Shown piece by piece: positions 29,778 to 41,567 of a DNA stretch of 64,000 bases (within the stretch, counting starts at the first letter, position 1; each line of letters starts with the position of its first letter). The translations under genes and the position numbers were made by a program. The notes beneath the pieces were generated by a model. It searched no databases. It was not told the origin of the DNA and saw only the letters and a program-made list of their open reading frames with translations. The stretch spans positions 1,920,001-1,984,000 of the forward strand of contig CAWKDB010000010.1 of assembly GCA_963848295.1 (NCBI GenBank). Direction: 5' to 3'. This DNA comes from an uncultured delta proteobacterium. Its GTDB lineage: Bacteria; Myxococcota_A; Polyangia; Haliangiales; Haliangiaceae.

Positions 29778-31223
29778 GTGACCCATAGTGCGAAACGTAG
29801 ACTCGCAGGCAAACGCGATCTGATCGTGATCGGCGCCGGGCCAGTGGGCTTGGCGGCACTCTGGTACGCGCATCGTTACAGCATCGACGCGATCGCGCTC
29901 GACGCCGGGCAAGCATCACTAGATTCGATTCGCTCGTTCGGCCCTGGGCTTGTCACGGTCTCGACCGCGCATGAATGGGAGATCGATGGGCTCCCGGTCG
30001 ATTGCCGCGCCCCGACCGAAGTCACGCGCGAGGACCTCCTGAGCTACTACTCTCGGATCGGCGCCTACGGCCGACTCGAGGTCGCATGTCGACAGCGCGT
30101 TACGGCGCTCACTGCGCGCCCCGACGCGGTGAGGGTCGAGGTCGAAACGCAAGACGGGCCAGCGTATTGGCTTGCACGCCGAGTGATCGTGACGCCATGG
30201 TTCCGTCGGCGCCGAGTCGCACTCGAGGGGCCCGGTGTGAGCGTCGTCGAGGCCGCGACCGACGCGATATCCGCCAGTGAGCGCGTGGTCGTGATCGGGG
30301 CTGGAATGTCGGGGCTCGAGACGTGCGATCATCTGCTCAGACGTGGCGTACGCGTCACGTTGCTCGACAAGCGCCGACAGGTGTTGCCTCCCGAGCTCCA
30401 GACTCTGTTCAAGGTATCGGGCTCTCGCTACGTCGATAACGTCGGATCGATCGCTGTTGCGAAATCCGGTGTGCTTGCGGTCTCGCAAAAGGGTCTGGCG
30501 ATCCAGGTTCCGTGCACGGTCGCGGTGAATTGCACGGGGCTGGAGGTCAATCGCGATCTGCTTCGAGCTCTTTTCGGCGCCGAGCTAATGTCTGAAACGG
30601 AGGCGCGCGCACTCGAACGCTTTCGGCCGCACCGATCGAGCTATCGCACGGACCCCCGAGCCATCGCGGCGCAGTTGCCGGCGTTGTCCGACGCGATCTG
30701 GCGCGGACGACGTGGCGTGCACTTCGCCGGGACCGTATTTCACGTCGGCGGTCCGCTCGGCGCAGGTATCAAGTGGTCGATCGAGACTGCTCGATGGGCG
30801 CTGGACGCGATCGCCGGGAAGTCGAAGGTCACCGTGGACCCCTCGATCCACCTGCCGACGTGGTTTCTCACCCTCGCCAATACGTCGCCTCTCGTGCATC
30901 GTGGACTCCGCTGGTCGAAGCACTTGGGGGCGATCGTGCCGACCCCGATTCCGACCTGGTCTCGGGGCACGAAGTTGTTCGAGGGTGAGACGCCGACGGG
31001 TGGGACGCTTGGAGCGCCGTCGCACGACACGCGTGCCCATGGCGTCGCCCGCCGCAGGGTGTTGACCGATCTCCGCGACGCTTGCTACTCGGGCCGATCG
31101 GTCGCCGCGCTCGTTGCAACTCTCGGTATCGATCGCGAAGTGATCCTCAGCGCGTTGGGCGCGTTGTGGACCGGAAATGGCCTGACGTGGGTACCGCCCG
31201 GAGCGACGCGACCGCGCGGTTGA
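29778..31223 (+). CDS. FAD/NAD(P)-dependent oxidoreductase (YpdA/TrxB-like) with C-terminal winged-helix-like extension
   Basis: VIGAGPVGLAA, TREDLLSYY, a second Rossmann motif VIGAGMSG, CTG, and C-terminal ACYSGRSVAALVATLG...LGALW..NGLTW. Confidence 0.78.
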   Translation: MTHSAKRRLAGKRDLIVIGAGPVGLAALWYAHRYSIDAIALDAGQASLDSIRSFGPGLVTVSTAHEWEIDGLPVDCRAPTEVTREDLLSYYSRIGAYGRLEVACRQRVTALTARPDAVRVEVETQDGPAYWLARRVIVTPWFRRRRVALEGPGVSVVEAATDAISASERVVVIGAGMSGLETCDHLLRRGVRVTLLDKRRQVLPPELQTLFKVSGSRYVDNVGSIAVAKSGVLAVSQKGLAIQVPCTVAVNCTGLEVNRDLLRALFGAELMSETEARALERFRPHRSSYRTDPRAIAAQLPALSDAIWRGRRGVHFAGTVFHVGGPLGAGIKWSIETARWALDAIAGKSKVTVDPSIHLPTWFLTLANTSPLVHRGLRWSKHLGAIVPTPIPTWSRGTKLFEGETPTGGTLGAPSHDTRAHGVARRRVLTDLRDACYSGRSVAALVATLGIDREVILSALGALWTGNGLTWVPPGATRPRG

Positions 31224-31245
31224 CCGCGACCCCACCCGATCGCGC

Positions 31246-32885
31246 TCACGGAGCCGGTCGCGCGGCGGCGCACGCAGGTCCCGAGGTCGCTCGCCATCGC
31301 TCGCCTTCGCTCTCGGTCACGGTCGGGTCCCCGGCCACGAGCGCGGCTACGATGGTTCGGACGAACACCGCGCTCGGATCGGGCGGCTTCGCGGTGCGAC
31401 CGCGTGGGGCGCCGGGGAGCGCGGGCACGGTGATGCACGACGGAACTCCCGAGCGTCGGGCTCGCGCGACGAGGTCGAGCGCCGCGGGCAGCCAACGAAC
31501 GCCGTCGGTCGGCTCGGCTTCGACGGAAGCCAGCGCGTCCTCGGTGATCGAGACCGCACCCGCATGCGGTTCGATCGCGGCGGCCAGGAGTCGCAGCGCC
31601 GGAGCGCCGAGCGGGGCGCCGAGATGCGTGATGCGAATCTGGTCGGGATGGTCGAGATCGAGCGCGACGCGAACGAGCTTGCCGCTCTCTTTGGGCCAGA
31701 CGGCGCGGATGTCGTCGGCAAGGTCAGACGTGTAGCGATGAACCGTCTGGGCCACCGGCTCTGGAGTCGACGGCGGAGGCATCTCGTCGATCCGTCGAGT
31801 CAGCGCGCTCACCGATGCCGCATCGGGGACCGCCCACACCGAGAGCTTCGGATCGTCGACGCCCAGGCCGGCCAGGCGCTGGCGTAACACCGTCTCCAGC
31901 TCGCTCGCGGTGTGTGCATCGCCCACGACGACGACGCGGAGGATCACGGCTTTCGCGGTCTGATCGAGCGTGTACTGGACGACGCGACGCTTGTCCGAGT
32001 CGACGATGTCGGAGACCGCCTGACTGATCTCGCTGCGGTGCTTGATCTCACCGACCGCACGCTCGAGCGGAATGAACACCATCGCGACGAGCACGAGCGG
32101 CGGAACGATCCGCGCAAACGGTCCAAGTCGCTTCGTCGTCACCTTGCTGATCGCGCGGCCGACGCGAATGCTCGCATGCTTCTTATCGAGCGCATCGAAT
32201 GTCTGCTCCTCTTGGCGCATGTCGACCCGCGCGAAGCCGGCGCCCACGAACATCACGGCCGCGATCGCGAGGATCCCGCTGAGGTTCGCGGTGAACAGCA
32301 GCGCGGCCCCTCGCGCGACGTCGGGGTCGCCGAGGGCGATCCCGTAGCCACACGCGCACAACGGTGGCACGAGTGAGATGCCGATGCTCGTGCCGGCCGC
32401 CGTGGTCGCGATGTCGGCATCGGCGCGTAGCGTCGCGTACGCCGCGGCGAGTGCGCAGGCCGCGGCGACGGCGAGGTCGAGCAGGCTCGGCGCGGTTCGC
32501 GCCTCGAGCTCCGGCGTGATCGAGTGAAACGGCAATAACCAGGTGATCGCGACGGCGACGACGACTACCACGGCGATGCTGACGAGGGTCCGGATCGTCG
32601 CACGGAGCGCGAGCGCCGGCGAACCCGTGGCCAACCCCATCGCGAGATCGACGAGCGGCTTCATGAGCGGTGCGATCAACATCGCGCCGATCACGACCGC
32701 CGTGCTGTTGAGCGCGAGGCCCAGGGTCGCGAGCATGGTCGCGATCCCGAGCTGGAGCCAATACCCGGTCGCGTCGCCCTGCTTGGGAATCAACATCGCC
32801 TGGACGAGCCCAGCCCGATCCGACGGCGCGCGTCCGAACGACGCGAGCACGCGATCCTGAATGCGATGCGCGATCGTCCGGACCT

Positions 32886-32889
<4 letters not shown>
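31246..32889 (-). CDS. DUF389 membrane protein
   Basis: STAVVIGAMLIAPLM, RTAPSLLDL and IGISLVPPL; GTGA-coupled. Confidence 0.85.
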
Positions 32890-34126
<1,237 letters not shown>

Positions 34127-34130
<4 letters not shown>

Positions 34131-34831
34131 GTGCCGATCGCGAGGTCGTTGTGGATTGCGCCGACCCTAGCCCCCTGGTGGGGCGACTCCCACACCCGAA
34201 ACCCGCCGATGAACGCGTTCGCGTTGTCGCCGAGACGCGCGTTGGCCGGCAGCTGGTCGAGCTTCTTCGCGTTGCCACCGCCGATCACGACGTCGTCGGG
34301 TTCGAGGGCCGCGGTCAGCCGCTCGATCACGTCCGCGACGTGTCTGCGCCATTTCTTCTTGCCCCGCCGCTCGAGGCTGCGCACGCCCACGTAGTCCTCG
34401 TAGGTGCGTCCCTTCTTGTAGGGCAGATGCGCGAGCTCCATCGGAGCGAGGTGGCCATCGATGACCATGGCCGAGCCCAGCCCGGTGCCGAGGCCGAGAA
34501 ACAACATGCAGCCCTCGCGGTAGCTCCCGAGCGCTTGCATCGCCGCGTCGTTGACGATCTTGATGGGCCGGTGAAACGCTTGATGAAAGTCGAATCCGAC
34601 CCAGCCGTGTCCGAGGTGTTGCGGTTCTGCGGCGATCTGTGCGCGTGTGACACGCCCTGGATAACCGATCGAGACGGCATCGTATTGCCAATCCGAGGTG
34701 AGGCGCTGAACGTCTGTCACCATCACATGCGGAGTCATGCGTGGCCCCGAGTCGACCTTGCGCGGCTCGGTCTCCCCGCTGACGAGGACCTTGACATGCG
34801 TGCCACCGACGTCGATCGCGAGCACTCTCAT
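34127..34831 (-). CDS. ROK-family sugar kinase (polyphosphate glucokinase-like)
   Basis: IDVGGTHVK, VNDAAMQALG, GLGTGLGS, ELAHL and IGGGN. Confidence 0.88.
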
Positions 34832-34972
34832 CGATCCACGTTGTAGTCGATGGCCGCCCGGCGCGCAGTCTCATCCGGAGCAGATCGACATCGGCGTTTG
34901 CCCGCCGCGCCGGCCGAAGGCGTGAACGCATCCGCGCGCGGGACGTCTTGATAACTAGGAAGGAATCGAGCC

Positions 34973-35494
34973 ATGGCGAACAAAAACGACATCGCAGTCG
35001 CGATCTATCCGACGCACGATTCGGCGGAGACCGCGGTCAAGGAGCTCCAGAGGTCTGGTGTCGACATGAAGGCGTTGTCGATCATCGGCCGCGACTATCA
35101 CACCGAGGAACAAGTCGTCGGTTATTACAACCACGGCGATCGAATGAAGGCATGGGGCAAGCTCGGCGCCTTCTGGGGCGGGCTGTTCGGCGCGGTGTTC
35201 GGCAGCGCGTTCTTCATGATCCCCGGGATCGGACCGGTCGTCCTTGCCGGTCCCATCGTCAGCTGGCTCGTCGGCGGGCTCGAAGGCGCTGTCGTGGTGG
35301 GTGGACTGAGCGTGCTCGGAGCCGCGCTGTTCAACATCGGGATCCCGAAGGACAGCGTCATCAAGTACGAGAAGGCGCTCAAGGCTGATCAATTCATCGT
35401 TGCGGTGCACGGCACCGCGGCTGACGTCGACCGCGCGCGCTCGATCTTGCAACGCACCGGCGCTACCGAGACCGCGGTGCACGCGGTCAAGTGA
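34973..35494 (+). CDS. General stress protein-like membrane protein (glycine zipper)
   Basis: AETAVKELQRSG, GAFWGGLFG and IPGIGPV; SD AGGAAGGA upstream. Confidence 0.8.
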   Translation: MANKNDIAVAIYPTHDSAETAVKELQRSGVDMKALSIIGRDYHTEEQVVGYYNHGDRMKAWGKLGAFWGGLFGAVFGSAFFMIPGIGPVVLAGPIVSWLVGGLEGAVVVGGLSVLGAALFNIGIPKDSVIKYEKALKADQFIVAVHGTAADVDRARSILQRTGATETAVHAVK

Positions 35495-35499
35495 ATCCC

Positions 35500-36081
35500 A
35501 TGCCCACCCGACCACTTCAGGTCGTCGTCGCGTTCGACTTCACGCAAACCGCGGAGGCCGCACTGCAGCGCGCGATCGATCTCGCGCATCGCGCAGAACG
35601 TCACGTCTTCCACTTTGTTTGCATCATCGATCCGCACGTTGGCGTCCCCGTCGTGCCGGCGGAGGGCAAGTACGACTACCAGTACGCCGAGCGCGTCCAG
35701 CAACAGCTCACGAAGCGGATCGAGACCGAGTTCGCGGCGCAACATGTCCCCGGCGCGGTGCACTTCTTTGTCCACGCGCGGTTCGGCAAGGCGGCGACCG
35801 AGATCCTGGTACTCGCGAAGGGCGTCGGCGCCGATCTGATCATCGTCGGCAGCCATGGCCACACGAGTCTCGAACGGGCCCTGCTCGGATCGGTCTCGGA
35901 AGCCGTGGTCCGCGGTGCCGGCTGCTCGGTGATCGTCGCGCGGCCGAAGTCGTACGCCGACGTCAAGCTACTGCCGATCATCGAGGTCGAGCCCAGTCAC
36001 CATCCGTACGTTCCCCCGCACCGCTACTCCTACGAGGAGACGCGGCTGATCAAGAGGCCTCTCGAATGGCCGTTGTACTGA
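35500..36081 (+). CDS. Universal stress protein
   Basis: VVVAFDF and ADLIIVGSHG...LLGSVSEAVVR. Confidence 0.9.
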   Translation: MPTRPLQVVVAFDFTQTAEAALQRAIDLAHRAERHVFHFVCIIDPHVGVPVVPAEGKYDYQYAERVQQQLTKRIETEFAAQHVPGAVHFFVHARFGKAATEILVLAKGVGADLIIVGSHGHTSLERALLGSVSEAVVRGAGCSVIVARPKSYADVKLLPIIEVEPSHHPYVPPHRYSYEETRLIKRPLEWPLY

Positions 36082-37464
36082 GTCCTACCGAATCCGACGC
36101 GCTCGTCGTCTTTGGCGCGTCCGGAAGATCTCGCGTACAAGCAGATCTTCCCGGCGCTCCAGGCGCTGGTGCGGCGCGGCGAGCTGAACGTGCCGATCAT
36201 CGGCGTGGCCAAGTCACCGTGGACGGTCGAGCAACTACGCCAGCGTGCGCGCGCCAGCCTCGAGCATGATGGCCAGGTCGACGCGAGGGCGTTCGACAAG
36301 CTGTCGTCGATGCTGCGCTACGTCCAGGGCGAATACGCCAACCCCGAGACCTTCACTTCGCTGAAGCAGCAGCTCGGCTCCGCGAAGCGGCCGTTGTTCT
36401 ACCTGGCGATCCCGGAGAGCGCCTTCGCGACCGTCGTCACCGGGCTCGAACGCGCGAAGTTGTCGGAGCACGCGCGCGTGGCGATCGAGAAGCCGTTCGG
36501 ACGCGACCTCGCGTCGGCGCGCGCGCTCGAAGTAACGCTGCGGGCGGTCTTTCCAGACTCGGCGATCTTTCGCATCGATCACTTCCTCGGCAAGGAGCCG
36601 GTGCAACACCTGTTGTACTTCCGCTTCGCGAACTCGCTGTTCGAGCCGATCTGGAATCGCGATCACGTAGAGTCGGTGCAGATCACGATGGCCGAGAGCT
36701 TCGGCGTAGCGGGGCGAGGCGGCTTCTACGAGGAGACCGGGGCGATCCGCGACGTGCTGCAGAACCATCTGCTGCAGGTGACCGCGATCCTCGCGATGGA
36801 ACCGCCGATCGGTGCACATGCCGAGGCGATCCGCGACGAGAAGGTGCGAGTCCTCAAGGCGATCGCACCGCTCGACGCGAGCCACGTAGTTCGCGGTCAA
36901 TTCCGCGGCTATCGCGACGAGCCAGGCGTCGCTGCCGGCTCGTCGGTCGAGACCTACGTGGCAGTCGAGCTCCGCATCGAGAATTCGCGCTGGGCCGGCG
37001 TGCCATTTCTGATCCGATCGGGGAAGTGCCTGCCGACGACCGCGACCGAGATCATTGTCAAGCTCAAGCGACCGGCTTGCGAGCTGTTTGGCGAGCACAC
37101 CGACAGCGGCAACTACGTGCGGTTTCGCCTCGGCCCCGATGTCGTGATCGCGCTCGGAGTGCGCGTGAAGCAATCGGGCGAACAGATGGTCGGTCAGGCG
37201 TGCGAGCTCCAAGCGATCGAGAGCACCCCTGGCGAGATGCGTCCGTACGAGCGCTTGCTCGGCGATGCGATGCGGGGAGACCAGGGCTTGTTCGCACGCG
37301 CCGATGCGATCGAGGAGCAATGGCGGATCGTCGATCCCGTGCTCGGCAATGCGGCGCCGGTCCATCCCTACGCCCCGGGAACCTGGGGCCCGGCCGAGGC
37401 CGCGCGGCTGCTGCCGGATGGTCAGCGCTGGCACGAGCCGCCGGCGTCCAAGCGGGTCACGTGA
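36066..37464 (+). pseudogene. zwf: Glucose-6-phosphate 1-dehydrogenase with a +1 frameshift at about 36126 (real lesion or sequencing error)
   Basis: [20 protein letters not shown], then one extra A, then [16 protein letters not shown] and RIDHFLGKE motifs downstream. Confidence 0.88.
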
Positions 37465-38924
37465 CACCCGTCGAGCCTCCCGCGACGCGATGTCACTTCG
37501 CGTGCGCGCTCGATCCCTCAGCCGCGGTCGCGTTCCCGCACGTCTGGGAACACACGATCGGCAGCGGCCACGCCGCGCTTGCCTTGCGCGCCGATTGGCA
37601 ACACCAGCTCGCGCGGTGCCGGCGCGAGCTCGGGTTCCGTCATGTTCGATTCCACGGCGTCTTGTCCGATGACCTGGGCACGCTGGTGCGCGAGAACGAT
37701 GCCCTCGTCTATTCGTTCTACAACGCCGACCACATCGTCGACTTCTTGCTCTCGATCGACATGCGGCCGTTCGTCGAGCTGTCGTTCATGCCGAACGCAT
37801 TGTCCTCGGGCGGAGCCGAGGTATTTTACTATCGCGGCAACATCACGCCGCCGAAGAGCTACTCGGAGTGGGAGGCGTTGATCGGCAAGCTCGTACTGCA
37901 TTGGGTCGATCGCTACGGCGCCGTCGAGGTCCGGCAGTGGTTGTTCGAGATCTGGAACGAGCCCAACTTGCCGGCGTTCTGGACCGGGACCCAGGCCGAG
38001 TACTTCAGGCTGTACGAGCACGCGGTCCACGCGATCAAAGCGATCGATAGCTCGCTGGTCGTCGGCGGTCCTGCGACCGCGGCCAACGCGTGGATCGCCG
38101 ACTTCCTCGCGTTCTGTCAGGCAGGCGCGGTGCCGGTCGATTTCGTCTCGACCCATCACTATCCGACCGACGCGTTCGGCGAGCCAGGCGACGACACGGT
38201 GGCGCAACTGGCGCAGAGCCGGCGCAGCGTGCTGCGCGAAGAAGCCGCGGGCGCACGTCGCGCAGCCGGCACCACGCCGCTGTACTATACCGAGTGGAGC
38301 ACCTCGTCGAACCCGTTCGATGATCTGCACGACCAGCCTTACGCCGCCGCGTTCATCGTCAAGACCGTGATGGAGGTCCGCGACCTGGTCAGTGGCTACA
38401 GCTACTGGACGTTCAGCGACATCTTCGACGAGAACTACTTCGCATCGCGGCCGTTTCACGGCGGGTTCGGGCTGCTCACGATCGACGGCGTGCCGAAGCC
38501 GGCGTATCGCGCGTTCGAGCTCTTGCATCGGCTCGGCGATCGGATCTCCGTGGTCGAAGGCTCGCACGCTACGGTCGATGTCTGGATCACGCAGCGCACC
38601 GGTCGCGTGTCGATCCTCGTCACCAACGGTGCGCTACCCCGCCACCCGATCCGCACGGAGGTCGTGACGATCGAGCTTCGCGGCATCGGGGCGATCGCCT
38701 CCGCGACGATCGAACGGATCGACGACGATCACGCGAACCCTCGGCGGGCCTGGGTCGAGATGGGACAGCCGGACCGGCCGATGCCACGTCAGGTCGCAGC
38801 GCTCGACGCGGCCTCCGCCTTGGTGGCGCAGCCCACACCGTTCCGGGCGGATCGCGATAAGGTGCTGTTCGAGATCACCATGCCACCCCAGGGAACTGCA
38901 CTGCTGAGCATCGAGCTGCGGTGA
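37461..38924 (+). CDS. GH39 beta-xylosidase-like glycoside hydrolase
   Basis: [14 protein letters not shown], acid/base WNEP, nucleophile TEW and SYWTFSDIF. Confidence 0.9.
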   Translation: MTPVEPPATRCHFACALDPSAAVAFPHVWEHTIGSGHAALALRADWQHQLARCRRELGFRHVRFHGVLSDDLGTLVRENDALVYSFYNADHIVDFLLSIDMRPFVELSFMPNALSSGGAEVFYYRGNITPPKSYSEWEALIGKLVLHWVDRYGAVEVRQWLFEIWNEPNLPAFWTGTQAEYFRLYEHAVHAIKAIDSSLVVGGPATAANAWIADFLAFCQAGAVPVDFVSTHHYPTDAFGEPGDDTVAQLAQSRRSVLREEAAGARRAAGTTPLYYTEWSTSSNPFDDLHDQPYAAAFIVKTVMEVRDLVSGYSYWTFSDIFDENYFASRPFHGGFGLLTIDGVPKPAYRAFELLHRLGDRISVVEGSHATVDVWITQRTGRVSILVTNGALPRHPIRTEVVTIELRGIGAIASATIERIDDDHANPRRAWVEMGQPDRPMPRQVAALDAASALVAQPTPFRADRDKVLFEITMPPQGTALLSIELR

Positions 38925-40234
38925 GCGTGGAGACCTTCGCAGCGCGCGACCGAGCGATGCTCGACACGTTGCAGCACGAGACGTTCGACTACTTCGTTCG
39001 CAACGCGAATCCGCGCAACGGCCTGATCGCGGACAAGACCGAGCCCGGCGCCCCGGCGAGCATCGCCGCGACTGGCCTGGGACTGTCGTCGCTGTGCGTC
39101 GCGGTCGAGCGCGGCTGGATGGCACGCGCGGCGGTGGCGGCGAGGGTCCGGTCGACCCTCGAGTTCTTTCAGGGGAGCGCGCAAGGCCCGGAGCCCGATG
39201 CGACCGGGCACCACGGCTTCTACTATCACTTCCTGGAGATGAACAGCGGTCGACGCGCGTGGAAGTGCGAGCTGTCGACGATCGATACCGCACTGTTGAT
39301 CGCCGGGGTGCTGACCGCCGGGACGTTCTTCGACGGTGCGGACGCGGATGAAGTCGCGATCCGTGCGCTGTCAGATGAGTTGTATCGCCGCGTCGAGTGG
39401 AGCTGGGCCTGCAATCGCACCGCGACGATCGGGCACGGCTGGACGCCCGAGTCGGGCTTTCTCGAATCGGACTGGAGCGAAGCGTACTGCGAGGCGTTGT
39501 TGCTCTATGTCCTCGCGCTCGGCTCGCCGACGTTCGCGACCGCCGCCGAAGGCTATCGCGCCTGGACGGCGACGTTCGAACGCAAGACCGCGTACGACGT
39601 CGACTACATCTACGCCGGCCCGTTGTTCATCCACCAGCTCTCGCACATCTGGATCGACTTTCGCGGCATTCACGACGATCGGACGCGCGAGCTCGGTTGG
39701 GATTACTTCGAGAACAGCCGGCGCGCGACCCTCGTGCATCAGCGGTACGCGATCGAAAATCCACACGGGTTCGCTCACTACTCCAAGAACGAGTGGGGCC
39801 TGACCGCGAGCGACGGACCTGGGCCCATGGTGGAGGTCGTCGACGGCGTTCCGCGTGAGTTCTTCGGCTACCTGGCGCGCGGTGCGCCGTTTGGCCCCGA
39901 CGACGGAACGATCTCGCCATGGGCGGTCGTCGCATCGCTGCCGTTCGTGCCGGAGATCGTGTGCGAGACGCTCCACCACGCGATCGAGCGACTCGAGCTC
40001 AAGAACAAACACGGACCCGGCTTCGATGCCAGCTTCAACTCGACGTTTCCCTATAAGCGAGAGAACCCGCACGGCTGGGTCGCGCCGTGGCGCATCGGGT
40101 TGAACGAGGGACCGATCGTCCTGATGATCGAGAATCATCGGAACGAGTTGATCTGGAAGATGATGAAGCGGTGTGCGCCGATCGTCGCCGGCTTGCGGCG
40201 CGCCGGATTTCGCGGTGGGTGGCTCGATAGCTGA
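38921..40234 (+). CDS. Glucoamylase-like (PF10091/GH144-type) glycoside hydrolase
   Basis: GLIAD, SIAATG, GFYYHF, ELSTIDTALL, PLFIHQLSH.W.DFR, WGLTASDGP and MIEN. Confidence 0.88.
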   Translation: MSVETFAARDRAMLDTLQHETFDYFVRNANPRNGLIADKTEPGAPASIAATGLGLSSLCVAVERGWMARAAVAARVRSTLEFFQGSAQGPEPDATGHHGFYYHFLEMNSGRRAWKCELSTIDTALLIAGVLTAGTFFDGADADEVAIRALSDELYRRVEWSWACNRTATIGHGWTPESGFLESDWSEAYCEALLLYVLALGSPTFATAAEGYRAWTATFERKTAYDVDYIYAGPLFIHQLSHIWIDFRGIHDDRTRELGWDYFENSRRATLVHQRYAIENPHGFAHYSKNEWGLTASDGPGPMVEVVDGVPREFFGYLARGAPFGPDDGTISPWAVVASLPFVPEIVCETLHHAIERLELKNKHGPGFDASFNSTFPYKRENPHGWVAPWRIGLNEGPIVLMIENHRNELIWKMMKRCAPIVAGLRRAGFRGGWLDS

Positions 40235-40259
40235 TGCGCGAGAGGCACGATAGACGACG

Positions 40260-41129
40260 ATGATCGAGCTTACCCTCCCGGTCATCGCGCTGCTGTTCGC
40301 CGTCGGGCTCGGCGCGGGTCTGCTCGGCGCGCGGATCGGCATCGGCGGCGGTGTGGTGCTCGTGCCGGCGCTCGTGCTTGGCTTCGGGATCGATCCGAAG
40401 ATCGCGATCGCGACCTCGCTCCTCGCGGTGATCGCGACCTCGACCGCGGCGGGCAGCGTCTACGTCGGCCGCGGCCTCACGAACACCCGGCTCGCGATCG
40501 CGCTCGAGGTCGCGACGAGCCTCGGCGGCGTGATCGGTGGCTTGCTAGCCGTCATGGTGCCCTCGTACATGCTCGCCGGCGTGTTCGCGATCGTCATGGG
40601 CGTGACCGCGGTGTTGATGCTCCGGCGCGCCAGCGCGCGCCAGCCGCGCACGGTCGATGCGGCCGCGACCCCCGATCAGGCGTCGGAGCTCGCCGGGCAG
40701 CTCGCCGGCAGCTACTACGACGATCTACGCGGCGGTCTGGTCCGCTATCGCGCTCGGCGTGTCGGGTTCGGCGCCGCGCTCGCGCTGGTCGCCGGGGCGG
40801 TGTCCGGACTGCTCGGCGTCGGCGGCGGCTTCCTCAAGGTCCCGGCGATGAACGTGGCGATGGACATCCCGATCAAGGTCGCGATCGCGACCAGCAACTT
40901 CATGATCGGGGTCACGGCGGCGTCGAGCGTCTTTGTCTACTTCGGTCGCGGCTACGTTCACCCTGCCCTCGTCGCACCGGTCGTGCTCGGCGTGATCGCC
41001 GGCGCGCTCGCGAGTAGCACGCACTCAGCGAAGGCCGATCACGCCGGCCTCAAGCGCGTGCTCGCGGTCGTCTTGATCATCGTCGCGATTCAAATGGGCC
41101 TGCGCGCCCTCGGGGTCGGCGGTGGTTGA
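40260..41129 (+). CDS. Sulfite exporter TauE/SafE family
   Basis: Duplicated GIGGG/GVGGG motifs, ATSL and ATSNFMIG. Confidence 0.9.
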   Translation: MIELTLPVIALLFAVGLGAGLLGARIGIGGGVVLVPALVLGFGIDPKIAIATSLLAVIATSTAAGSVYVGRGLTNTRLAIALEVATSLGGVIGGLLAVMVPSYMLAGVFAIVMGVTAVLMLRRASARQPRTVDAAATPDQASELAGQLAGSYYDDLRGGLVRYRARRVGFGAALALVAGAVSGLLGVGGGFLKVPAMNVAMDIPIKVAIATSNFMIGVTAASSVFVYFGRGYVHPALVAPVVLGVIAGALASSTHSAKADHAGLKRVLAVVLIIVAIQMGLRALGVGGG

Positions 41130-41472
41130 TTCGTCGAGCCCCAGCGCGAGGTCGCAGCGCGCTCACCGCTACCTCCAGTGGATCCTTCGCGTCGGCCTCG
41201 TCATCGCGATGGTGCTCGTCGCTGGTGGTCTGATCGCCGCGCTGGTCACCGGCGAGCCGAGCGGAGACGCGGTCAGTCTTCACAGCTTGTTTTCCGAGGC
41301 GACGGTCGCGGACCGCCTCATCGCGATCGGGCTGCTGGTCCTCGCGTTCACGCCGGTGATGCGCGTGGTCGCGCTGATCGCGATCTGGATCGGCGAACGC
41401 GACTGGCGCTTCGTGGTGCTGAGCCTGATCGTCGCCGCGATCCTGGCCGTGTCGATCTTGTCGGGGTGGTGA
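41122..41472 (+). CDS. DUF1634-like membrane protein
   Basis: LR.G and GLLVLAFTPVMRV motifs; typical partner of TauE. Confidence 0.8.
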   Translation: MVDSSSPSARSQRAHRYLQWILRVGLVIAMVLVAGGLIAALVTGEPSGDAVSLHSLFSEATVADRLIAIGLLVLAFTPVMRVVALIAIWIGERDWRFVVLSLIVAAILAVSILSGW

Positions 41473-41567
41473 TCCTGTCAACCGTGTAATGCTGGTGAAA
41501 GGTTCTCGTTACCCGCGACGGTCAGGCTTGGGCAAGCGCGCTCGAAGCCGCAAGAAAGCCTCGCCAG

